DNA of 64,000 nt, taken from Candidatus Omnitrophota bacterium. GTDB lineage: Bacteria > Omnitrophota > Gorgyraeia > Zapsychrales > JANLHA01. This document shows positions 41,640-49,736 of the stretch, one piece after another. Under the pieces are notes generated by a model that was not told the origin of the DNA, did no database searches, and saw only the letters and a list, made by a program, of their open reading frames with translations. Numbering within the stretch: the first letter of the stretch is position 1; each line of letters opens with the position of its first letter. The position numbers and the translations under genes were made by a program. Where the stretch lies: positions 1,690,662 through 1,754,661 of the forward strand of contig OY759724.1 of assembly GCA_963662715.1 (NCBI GenBank), given 5' to 3'.

Positions 41640-42665
41640 ATGAAGAAGATACTGCTTATCGGCCTGGCCGTCCTGGCGGCCGTTTTGGCGCATGATGTTC
41701 TTGGCGCCGAGACCACACATCCCGGGGACACCCGCCGTCACCGGGCACAGGCTGTAAATGCCTCTGCTCTTTCTGCCGCCCCGGCGCCTCGCCCTGACGC
41801 TGACGGGACCTCGCAGAATCAATCACCGGCGTTCCCCGAAGAGATAGAATCCGCGGATTTGATGAAATTAATCCCTCTTCATCAAATCAAGACAGCCCCG
41901 GGGCCGTATGACTGGCTGGCCACGCACCCGGAACCCGGCCAGGATTTTGATGATTACATCTCGTCGAGTCCCGTATCGCCGGACGCTGAGAGGAAATGTA
42001 TCTATATCGTTCTGTTGGGGGATTTTGACTCTGTCAGAAAAACGATCATTGAAAAGACAGCGAGGTTTATCCAGGCGTATTATACATTGCCCGTCAGATT
42101 CCTGCCGCCGATACCCATGTCTGTTATCCCCCCGGAAGCCAGGCGAGTGCATCCGCAGACCCGGGATAAGCAGATCCTGACAACGTACGTTCTGGAATCC
42201 TTGTTAAAGCCCCTTGCCCCGGAAGACGCCTTTTGTCTGATTGCCTTTACCTCCTCGGATTTATGGCCGGGAGAGGGCTGGAACTTTGTTTTCGGACAGG
42301 CGTCCTTGCCCGACAGGTTAGGGGTCTGGTCTGTTTACCGTAACGGCGACCCTCACGAAAGCGATGAGATGTACCGCTTATGTCTTTTGCGGAGCATCAA
42401 AACGGGGGTGCATGAAATCGGGCATATGTTTTCCATGCATCATTGCATATATTTTGAATGTAATATGAACGGGAGCAATCACCGGCAAGAAAGTGACAGC
42501 CGGCCCGTCTGGCTGTGTCCTGTTTGCTTAAGAAAATTGCTCTGGGCGGTTCATGAAAATCCGGTTGAACGTTATAAAAATCTTGTTGAAATTTGTGAGG
42601 AATTCGGGTTAATGGCTGAGAAAAAATTTTTTGAAAGGTCCATTGAACTTTTGACGAGCCCCTGA
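41640..42665 (+). CDS. secreted archaemetzincin-like zinc metallopeptidase (M54-like)
   Basis: Signal peptide; HEIGHMFSMHHCIYFECNM...CPVC matches HExxHxxGx3Cx4CxM...CxxC archaemetzincin signature. Confidence 0.6.
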   Translation: MKKILLIGLAVLAAVLAHDVLGAETTHPGDTRRHRAQAVNASALSAAPAPRPDADGTSQNQSPAFPEEIESADLMKLIPLHQIKTAPGPYDWLATHPEPGQDFDDYISSSPVSPDAERKCIYIVLLGDFDSVRKTIIEKTARFIQAYYTLPVRFLPPIPMSVIPPEARRVHPQTRDKQILTTYVLESLLKPLAPEDAFCLIAFTSSDLWPGEGWNFVFGQASLPDRLGVWSVYRNGDPHESDEMYRLCLLRSIKTGVHEIGHMFSMHHCIYFECNMNGSNHRQESDSRPVWLCPVCLRKLLWAVHENPVERYKNLVEICEEFGLMAEKKFFERSIELLTSP

Positions 42666-42878
42666 ATGAATTTCGTTTTTGCGGGACAGAAGAAAAGGTT
42701 TGCCGGGATTGTTCAGGCAACGGAAAAATTTGAGATAACAGGATAAGATTGCAACATGTTGTTATACAAGTATTTATGTTTTATACGCAAGAAACGCTAA
42801 ACACTATTTTGCTGAAGAGATATATTGTGCTATAATTTATATAAACAGGATTCTTTAAATATAAAGGATGATCTTTCC

Positions 42879-43757
42879 ATGCTGCACCGCCTAAACCGTA
42901 ACAATGCCCAATCAATGATAGAGTATGTCACTGTGGCGACGCTGGTTATGATTGGTATCTTAGTTATGGGTCCTTATGTCACCCGTTCCATTAATGCCTT
43001 TTTTAAAAATATTGAAGATGATGTGGATGATGCTTTTAAGGAAGAGATGACGCAGGGTGATCCGAGCGTAGAGCTTCCTGACTGTTATTGCACGAACTTA
43101 GTGGACCAGGCGTGCGGGGGCGGGGGCTGTAACAGCCGGCAGATGTGGTTAAGAAGAGACTGCTATCCTCTGGGCTGTGAAATTGCTTATCAAGCCGCAA
43201 ATCCGGGCTGGATTTATGAAGATTGCGAATACCGCGACTATTGCTGTACGAACTGGGCGGAAACCGGTCTTTGCGGCGTTAATGCGACTGTCCCGGGCGC
43301 ATGCCCGAATGGAGAAATGGAATATGAACATTATTGCGGGGCGGCAAATACCCGGACCGTTGTGTGCCAGAGCACGTGTCAGGGGCAGGTGGGCTGTCCG
43401 GCGCCGCCGCATCCGCTGTGTATATTTTTCTGTACAGACACGGCAGGAAATGAAGTCACTCCTGCGATGCTGCCTTTCGCATCGTATTGTACAGATGATA
43501 CAACAGACTTGCCCGGTAATCTGGTCGTAACCTTTGTGCCAAACGGAGCCTGTACTGACCCGCTTAAATGTGAAGCGGAATGTTATTCGGGGTTTGTCCC
43601 GGCGGCAACCTGGGGGTGCACATGCCCGCCCCATTCACATGCGGTCGGTAATCACTGTGTTTGTGACCCGGGATATTTCTTCCGTGATGGGTGTAATTCG
43701 GATGAATGCTTGCAGGACGGCTGCCCGGCCGGCCGGTGCTACGGCATCCTGTTCTAG
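42879..43757 (+). CDS. Flp/TadE-like class III leader fused to about 240-aa cysteine-rich (about 38 Cys) domain
   Basis: N-terminal NAQSMIEYVTVATLVMIGIL resembles Flp prepilin motif; remainder extremely Cys-rich; start trimmed to MLHRLNR with AAAGGA RBS. Confidence 0.5.
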   Translation: MLHRLNRNNAQSMIEYVTVATLVMIGILVMGPYVTRSINAFFKNIEDDVDDAFKEEMTQGDPSVELPDCYCTNLVDQACGGGGCNSRQMWLRRDCYPLGCEIAYQAANPGWIYEDCEYRDYCCTNWAETGLCGVNATVPGACPNGEMEYEHYCGAANTRTVVCQSTCQGQVGCPAPPHPLCIFFCTDTAGNEVTPAMLPFASYCTDDTTDLPGNLVVTFVPNGACTDPLKCEAECYSGFVPAATWGCTCPPHSHAVGNHCVCDPGYFFRDGCNSDECLQDGCPAGRCYGILF

Positions 43758-43921
43758 TCTTTAAAAGACCTGTCTTTTCCCTTCCTGTTTTTAAACCTTT
43801 TTAAATTGAATCATTTTAACGGAAGAAATTTTTTATTGTGTTCGTTTATACATTACGTTATGATGAAACGGATTTATGAATATAAAGTTTTATGCCGACA
43901 AAAGCTTAAAGAATATCTTCT

Positions 43922-44599
43922 GTGAATTTTATGTACCAGGAATATATTGATAAATTTTTTGAGAAGTATCCCAAATACCGGCCGCTTTTTGAGAAAGCCA
44001 AAGAAGAGAAATATTCCATTCTGTTGGGATTCCTGATTCTGCTGGCGATTATCCCCATATTTTGCTCGTCCGGCAAACCCCGCATATATTATAACGAAAC
44101 TTTTGGTTATCAAATCCTCATCCCGCCTCAATGGCGGGACAAGCTCTCTGCTGATAAACGTGTCCTCACCTTAAAGAAGCGTCAGAGAAGGAGTTTGGGA
44201 AAGGCGGAGATAAAAGTCCACGTTGATGTGGGGAACCCTTACGGGACAAAACCTTTTGATTATGCTTATTACGGTCTTCTGCCCCGGGTAAAATATATGT
44301 ATGCAAAGAAGGGGCGTAAAGAATTTACGATCCGCGATTATCCGTACACGAAAATATTCAGCGGTAAAGAATGGGGGGTTTTGGCTTTTACCCTTGATTA
44401 TAAAGATCTGTATGTCATGTATGTCACTCAAAAAGGTGACTTTGTTTTTGTCTTTACTTTAATCACTTCCGGAGTAAAACAAAAAGAAGCTGAGGCCGAT
44501 TTCCAGGGCATTGTCCGTTCAGTCTTGATTGAGCGCAGGGAACGGGTCAATGTTTTTACCGACCCTGAGGCTGATGTCCTTTTTTCGCATCCTTTATAA
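43922..44599 (+). CDS. hypothetical membrane-anchored protein
   Basis: ORF with single TM helix; no known domain. Confidence 0.4.
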   Translation: MNFMYQEYIDKFFEKYPKYRPLFEKAKEEKYSILLGFLILLAIIPIFCSSGKPRIYYNETFGYQILIPPQWRDKLSADKRVLTLKKRQRRSLGKAEIKVHVDVGNPYGTKPFDYAYYGLLPRVKYMYAKKGRKEFTIRDYPYTKIFSGKEWGVLAFTLDYKDLYVMYVTQKGDFVFVFTLITSGVKQKEAEADFQGIVRSVLIERRERVNVFTDPEADVLFSHPL

Positions 44600-44624
44600 T
44601 TAAAAGCCGGTTTTTTAAAAAGAA

Positions 44625-44663
44625 AGCATCCCGTTCGTTCATTGGACGGGATGCTTTTCTTCT
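44625..44663. terminator. bidirectional Rho-independent terminator between convergent genes
   Basis: Perfect 10-bp stem AGCATCCCGT/ACGGGATGCT flanked by A-run upstream and TTTCTTCT downstream. Confidence 0.55.
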
Positions 44664-44701
44664 GTATGGGTTGAAATGAAGGCCCCCAGCTCAAGGCTTT
44701 C

Positions 44702-45280
44702 CTATATCCAGTCTTCCTGCCGGCGCAAATTTTCCCTGATGTCTTTTCTCCCGACCCGGCGGTCTTTCCTGAACTGCTGCCGTTGTTGTTTCTGGGACTT
44801 GCGGTGATCCTGTAAAAGGCTTCTTGCTTCTTCCTCAGTCATGTTAGGGGTGTAGGCGATTTGATTCAGGACGGACAAATTCTCCTGATGCTGCTGTTCC
44901 TGGAAGCGTTTCCTTCCCTGATAACGCGCTTCCACAGAGTTCAGGATATTCTGTTTTTCCTCTTCGTTTAAATTGTCATTGTCAGCCAACCTCTCCGTCA
45001 ATGCCACTTTGGCTTTTTGATGAACCGTTTCAAAAAAAGCAACATTTTCTGCGTATTGTGCTTGCCGGTGCCGGCTCATGGCCTTTGCCTTTTCCTGTAC
45101 GCTTAGTTCCCGGATGCTTTCCCGGAAAGCTTCATTTTCTGTCTTTTGCTGTCTGAAATGCGCTTTAATTTTTTCTTTCCCTCTGTGCCGCGGTCCTTTA
45201 TGACATCCGGGTTCGGCAAAACTATTCACCGGGACAAGACCCAGGCCGAGACATATTATAAGCGTTATAATATTTTTCAT
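44702..45280 (-). CDS. hypothetical secreted Gln/Arg/Glu-rich protein
   Basis: Signal peptide MKNIITLIICLGLGLVPVNSFA; low-complexity charged sequence. Confidence 0.5.
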   Translation of the reverse strand: MKNIITLIICLGLGLVPVNSFAEPGCHKGPRHRGKEKIKAHFRQQKTENEAFRESIRELSVQEKAKAMSRHRQAQYAENVAFFETVHQKAKVALTERLADNDNLNEEEKQNILNSVEARYQGRKRFQEQQHQENLSVLNQIAYTPNMTEEEARSLLQDHRKSQKQQRQQFRKDRRVGRKDIRENLRRQEDWI

Positions 45281-45629
45281 GATGATCTCCTTTCTTGTTA
45301 CGGGACATGTCCTATCCTGTGTTTACTCATTCAAACACTCCGGAGACTTAAAAGTTCCGGTTTTTTTGAAAATAATGCGTGAGCCGCTTCCGGATACGCG
45401 TTTTGAAAAAAAAGGCCGTTTCTCCCGGACAGGAGGAGCCGGCATATTGACAAATAATTATATTAATTATAGTATTGCCGTAGCAGTAAATTTCAGGACG
45501 TGCTTTGCCTGATCGGCAAAGAAAATTTTTTCAATATTCTGCGCCAGGCGGTTCATCGGGCCGGGACCGATTGTTCGGATAAAGCCAAGGCGTTCCGCCG
45601 CCCGCATAAAATTTACACTTGTTCCGGGT

Positions 45630-46421
45630 ATGAATAAAAACAGACCAACAACACCGCCGCCCGTTGTGCTGACTCCGGCGTCTTTCCGCTTTTACGGTGA
45701 GCTGAATGATTTTCTCCCCCGGGACAGGAAACACCGGACGTTCGAATATGTGGTGAAAGGCCGTCCGGCGGTCAAGGACACATTAGAAGCTTTAGGGATC
45801 CCGCATACAGAGGTGGACGTCATTCTGGTGCGCCGGAAATCCGTTCGTTTTCATTATCAGCTGAAGCACGGTGACCGTTTCGCCGTTTACCCGGCCGGTT
45901 TCTCGGTTAAAGTTTCCCCTTTGCATCATCTTCGGCCCAAGCCGCCCCGCAAAGCGCGTTTTGTTATTGATTCCCATTTAGGCAAACTGGCCAGACATCT
46001 GCGGCTGCTGGGATTTGACTGTGTTTATGAAAAAGTCTTTCCCGACAGCCGGATTGCCGGTATTGCGCAGAAAGAAAAACGGATTGTTTTAACCCGGGAT
46101 ATCGGCCTGCTGAAAAACAAGATCATCAGCGAGGGGTTGTGGGTCCGTTCGGACGACCCTTTACGTCAGCTTAAGGAAGTGCTACGTAAATATAACCTTG
46201 CTCCCCGGATCAAACCGTTCCGTTTGTGCCTGGAATGCAACGGCCGTATTCAGAGAGTGGCTAAAAGCCGGGTTCTTGACCGGCTGCCGGATAAGGTGCG
46301 TAACTATTATTCGCGTTTTTACATGTGCCGGTCCTGCCGTAAAATCTACTGGCAGGGCTCCCATTACGAAAAGCTGGCCAAACTCGTTGAGAAAATAAAA
46401 AAGATCCGGCCCCGCCGTTAA
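45630..46421 (+). CDS. Mut7-C RNase-domain protein (DUF82) with N-terminal ubiquitin-like domain and C-terminal zinc ribbon
   Basis: FRFYGELNDFLP N-terminus, PIN-like core, CLECN...CRSC. Confidence 0.6.
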   Translation: MNKNRPTTPPPVVLTPASFRFYGELNDFLPRDRKHRTFEYVVKGRPAVKDTLEALGIPHTEVDVILVRRKSVRFHYQLKHGDRFAVYPAGFSVKVSPLHHLRPKPPRKARFVIDSHLGKLARHLRLLGFDCVYEKVFPDSRIAGIAQKEKRIVLTRDIGLLKNKIISEGLWVRSDDPLRQLKEVLRKYNLAPRIKPFRLCLECNGRIQRVAKSRVLDRLPDKVRNYYSRFYMCRSCRKIYWQGSHYEKLAKLVEKIKKIRPRR

Positions 46422-46490
46422 GGGCCCCCCGGGACTGTCCTTTTTTTTCATGAGTTGTGGACCTGCGATTGTTGAGATATAATACGCCCT

Positions 46491-49400
46491 ATGACATCAT
46501 GTCCTTCCCATATTTTCCGTTTCCCGGAAGTCCGCGTCGTAGAAGCCTCCGCAGGGTCGGGCAAAACCTATGCCTTGGCCAAACGCTATATCCAGCTTGT
46601 TTTTTCGCAGCCGCTGCATCAGCAGAACACGCCCATGCGTCATGTCCTGGCCATCACTTTCACCAATAAAGCGGCTTTTGAAATGAAACGCCGCATCCTG
46701 GATTTTCTGAAGAAGATGGCTTTGGGAGATCTTTCGGCTGTCGAGGAAGAAACGATCCTCAAGCCCCTGGGGCTTTCTGCCGGCCAGGCGCAGGAGAAAG
46801 CCTTTGCCATCATGGAGATGCTTGTGCATCAGTACAATTATTTCCAGGTCCAGACGATTGACAGTTTCATCAATGCCCTGCTCTCCGGCTGCGCTTTTAA
46901 AATCGGGCTGTCGGCCAACTTTAAGATTAAAACCAATGCGCTGGAGTACCTCGAATACGGCCTTGATCAGATGATGGACCGGGCTTTACGGGACGCGGAG
47001 ACAAAGAAAGTCTTTGAAAAATTTCTGCACCAGTACCTTTTCCTCGAGAACAAGCCGAACTGGTTCGCGAAAAAAGACATGCTGGCTCTTTTATACGGCC
47101 TTTATCAGCAGGGCAATATCTACGGCCAGACGTTTCAAAGTTATCCGATCGAGGACAAGGCTCTCCTGGAGCAGAAGATGCATATCCTGGCATTAATGCG
47201 GGAACTGAAAAGCGCCGCCGCCGAAGCCCTGGACGGGCGGTTTGTTAAAAGCCTTGATAAATTTTTAAGCCAGTATCAGGCGGCTTTTGACGTAGACCGG
47301 GTTTCTGATTATTTCGCCCGGGAAGATCTCCCGGTGAAAAAAAAGGCCGATGCCCCCCGCCGGGCCGATACGCTGTGGCAGGATATCCGCAAACAGCTTA
47401 AGACATTATGCGAAGAAGAAGCTTTAACGGTCTTTGACCCGTATATTGAAATATTTCACGAGCTGTCCCGGGAGTTTGAACAGAAAGCCAAAAAAGATGA
47501 CCTGCTGTTTTTGGAAGAGCTCAACAAAAAAGCGAAAGCCTTGTTTGATGAAGGCGCGGTTACGGTGGAAGAGCTTTATTACCGCCTGGCCACACGGTTT
47601 CATCATTATCTTATGGACGAATTTCAGGACACGAGCCTGCTGCAGTGGGAGAACCTGCAGATGATGGTTGAAGAGGCTTTGTCCACGGGCGGGTCCTTGT
47701 TTTACGTGGGGGACAAGAAACAGGCGATTTACGGCTTCCGCGGCGGGGAAATGAAGCTGTTTGACAGCATCCAGCAGCAGTTCCGCAGTTTTAACGTCTG
47801 CCGGGAACAGCTCGGCCGGAATTTCCGCAGCCAGAAAGCCATCGTGGAATTCAATAATACGGTCTTTTCCCCCGCCAATCTGCGCCGGTTTATTGAAGCG
47901 AAACAGGCTTTTGAACAGGAAAAAAAGAAAAAGGACCCGGTGGTTTTTTCAGAAAACGATTTTCAGGCTTTGGACAATATTTTTTATTCCAGCCGTCAGG
48001 CCCATCTTCCTCAACATGACGGAGGGGTTGTGCAGGTTGAAGTCATTGAGAATGAACGGAAGGAAGATAGGGACGAGCTGGTCCGTCTGCGGGTTCTGGC
48101 TTTTATCTTTGAGGCGCAAAAACGGTTCCGGCTGAAGGACATCGCCTTACTGACCAGAAGCAACGACGAAATCGAACTTTTAACCCGCTGGCTGATGGAA
48201 GAGGGGATCAGCGTTCAGTCCGAACGCACAATGAACATCCGGGAAAACCCGGTTGTCCGGGACCTGACCGCTTTGCTGGAGTTTTTAAACTCCCCCATTG
48301 ATAACTGCGCCTTCGCGCGGTTTATTCTAGGGGGTGTTTTTACCTCGGCCAGCGGTGTCAGCAAAGAGGAGATCCAGCGGTATTTGCTGGGGCTCCGGGT
48401 GAAAATAACGACAGAAAAAGATTTTTATATTTACCGGGATTTCCGTGTCGCACATCAGGAGCTTTGGGAGTCCCTGCTTGACGATTTTTTCCGGCAGGTC
48501 GGCCTGTATCCGCTGTACGAATTGATGATCAGCATCCTGAAACGTTTTGATGTCTTTGCCCGCTTCCCGGAACACCAGGGCTTTGTTATGCGTTTCCTCG
48601 AACTGATCAAGGAGCAGGAAGAGGACCATACCGATGTCGCCTCTTTTCTGGAAAGTTTTGAGAACCTGCAGAATGAAAAGCTGTACGTGCATATGACGGA
48701 TTCGGACGCGGTCAAAATTTTAACGATTCACAAATCCAAGGGCCTGGAGTTCCCGGTCGTGATCATCCCGTTTCTGGGCATGCGTATCAAAGTCGGCGCC
48801 GGAGGCGGGGTGGGCCAGTTAAGCTATATCCTGGATTTTCAAGAGCAGAGGCTGCAGCTGATGCGCATTAAGGAGAAATATTTGAAGTTCTCCGGACAGC
48901 TGCGGGAGATATGGCGGGATGAATATATCCGTTCTTTTTTTTACGAACTGAACAGCATGTACGTGGCCCTGACCCGGGCTTCGGAGGAACTGTATGTGCT
49001 GGTTCCGCACAAGACGGGAAACAGTTTTAATCCGGCCCGGTTTCTTATCCCGGAGGAATGTTTTCAGATGGGAACGGTTTCCGGCCGGGGGTATCAGGAG
49101 CCGGAGGAGGCTCCGCGCTTTTTTCTGCCGCCGCCGGTTTATCATGACTGGCTGGCCTATCTGAAAGAAGAGTTCCTGGCCGGGGATAAGGTTTTTCACC
49201 GGCAGGCGGTTTTACGGGGGGATCTCCTGCACGCTATTCTGTCGTTTGTCGGGAACCTTCGGGATGCGGAGCCGCAGGATATGATCGACGACGCCTATAA
49301 GCAGGCGGCGGCTTTTTACCCGCAGTTGAAAGATAAGGGAGAGTATAAAGACATCATTTACAAATTTATACAGCAAGAAGATATTAAGCCGTTTTTCTTT

Positions 49401-49649
49401 GTCGGCGATGGGGACGTTTTTCAGGAATGGGAAGCGGTGAACCCGTGGGGGCAGACGCGCCGGTTTGACCGGATGATTGTCCGGCCGGAGGATATCTGGA
49501 TTGCCGATTTTAAAAGTGCGAGGGACAGCAAAGCGGATTATGCCCAGCAGATGCAGGAGTACATGCTGATGGCCCGGGAGATCTTCCCGAAGAAAGACAT
49601 CCGGGGTTTTTTGCTGTATCTTGATACGGGCGAGGCGGAGGAGGTGTGA
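46491..49649 (+). CDS. addA: UvrD-family helicase with C-terminal PD-(D/E)xK nuclease (AddA/RexA-like)
   Basis: Walker A ASAGSGKT, helicase motifs, C-terminal DFKS...nuclease motif. Confidence 0.7.
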   Translation: MTSCPSHIFRFPEVRVVEASAGSGKTYALAKRYIQLVFSQPLHQQNTPMRHVLAITFTNKAAFEMKRRILDFLKKMALGDLSAVEEETILKPLGLSAGQAQEKAFAIMEMLVHQYNYFQVQTIDSFINALLSGCAFKIGLSANFKIKTNALEYLEYGLDQMMDRALRDAETKKVFEKFLHQYLFLENKPNWFAKKDMLALLYGLYQQGNIYGQTFQSYPIEDKALLEQKMHILALMRELKSAAAEALDGRFVKSLDKFLSQYQAAFDVDRVSDYFAREDLPVKKKADAPRRADTLWQDIRKQLKTLCEEEALTVFDPYIEIFHELSREFEQKAKKDDLLFLEELNKKAKALFDEGAVTVEELYYRLATRFHHYLMDEFQDTSLLQWENLQMMVEEALSTGGSLFYVGDKKQAIYGFRGGEMKLFDSIQQQFRSFNVCREQLGRNFRSQKAIVEFNNTVFSPANLRRFIEAKQAFEQEKKKKDPVVFSENDFQALDNIFYSSRQAHLPQHDGGVVQVEVIENERKEDRDELVRLRVLAFIFEAQKRFRLKDIALLTRSNDEIELLTRWLMEEGISVQSERTMNIRENPVVRDLTALLEFLNSPIDNCAFARFILGGVFTSASGVSKEEIQRYLLGLRVKITTEKDFYIYRDFRVAHQELWESLLDDFFRQVGLYPLYELMISILKRFDVFARFPEHQGFVMRFLELIKEQEEDHTDVASFLESFENLQNEKLYVHMTDSDAVKILTIHKSKGLEFPVVIIPFLGMRIKVGAGGGVGQLSYILDFQEQRLQLMRIKEKYLKFSGQLREIWRDEYIRSFFYELNSMYVALTRASEELYVLVPHKTGNSFNPARFLIPEECFQMGTVSGRGYQEPEEAPRFFLPPPVYHDWLAYLKEEFLAGDKVFHRQAVLRGDLLHAILSFVGNLRDAEPQDMIDDAYKQAAAFYPQLKDKGEYKDIIYKFIQQEDIKPFFFVGDGDVFQEWEAVNPWGQTRRFDRMIVRPEDIWIADFKSARDSKADYAQQMQEYMLMAREIFPKKDIRGFLLYLDTGEAEEV

Positions 49650-49736
49650 CGTGTTCATAAAAAGACCGCGGGCCGAGACGGCCGGCGGACAGTGCTTCTT
49701 CCTGCGCAGCCAGCCTTTTAGCGTGAACAAATTGCC

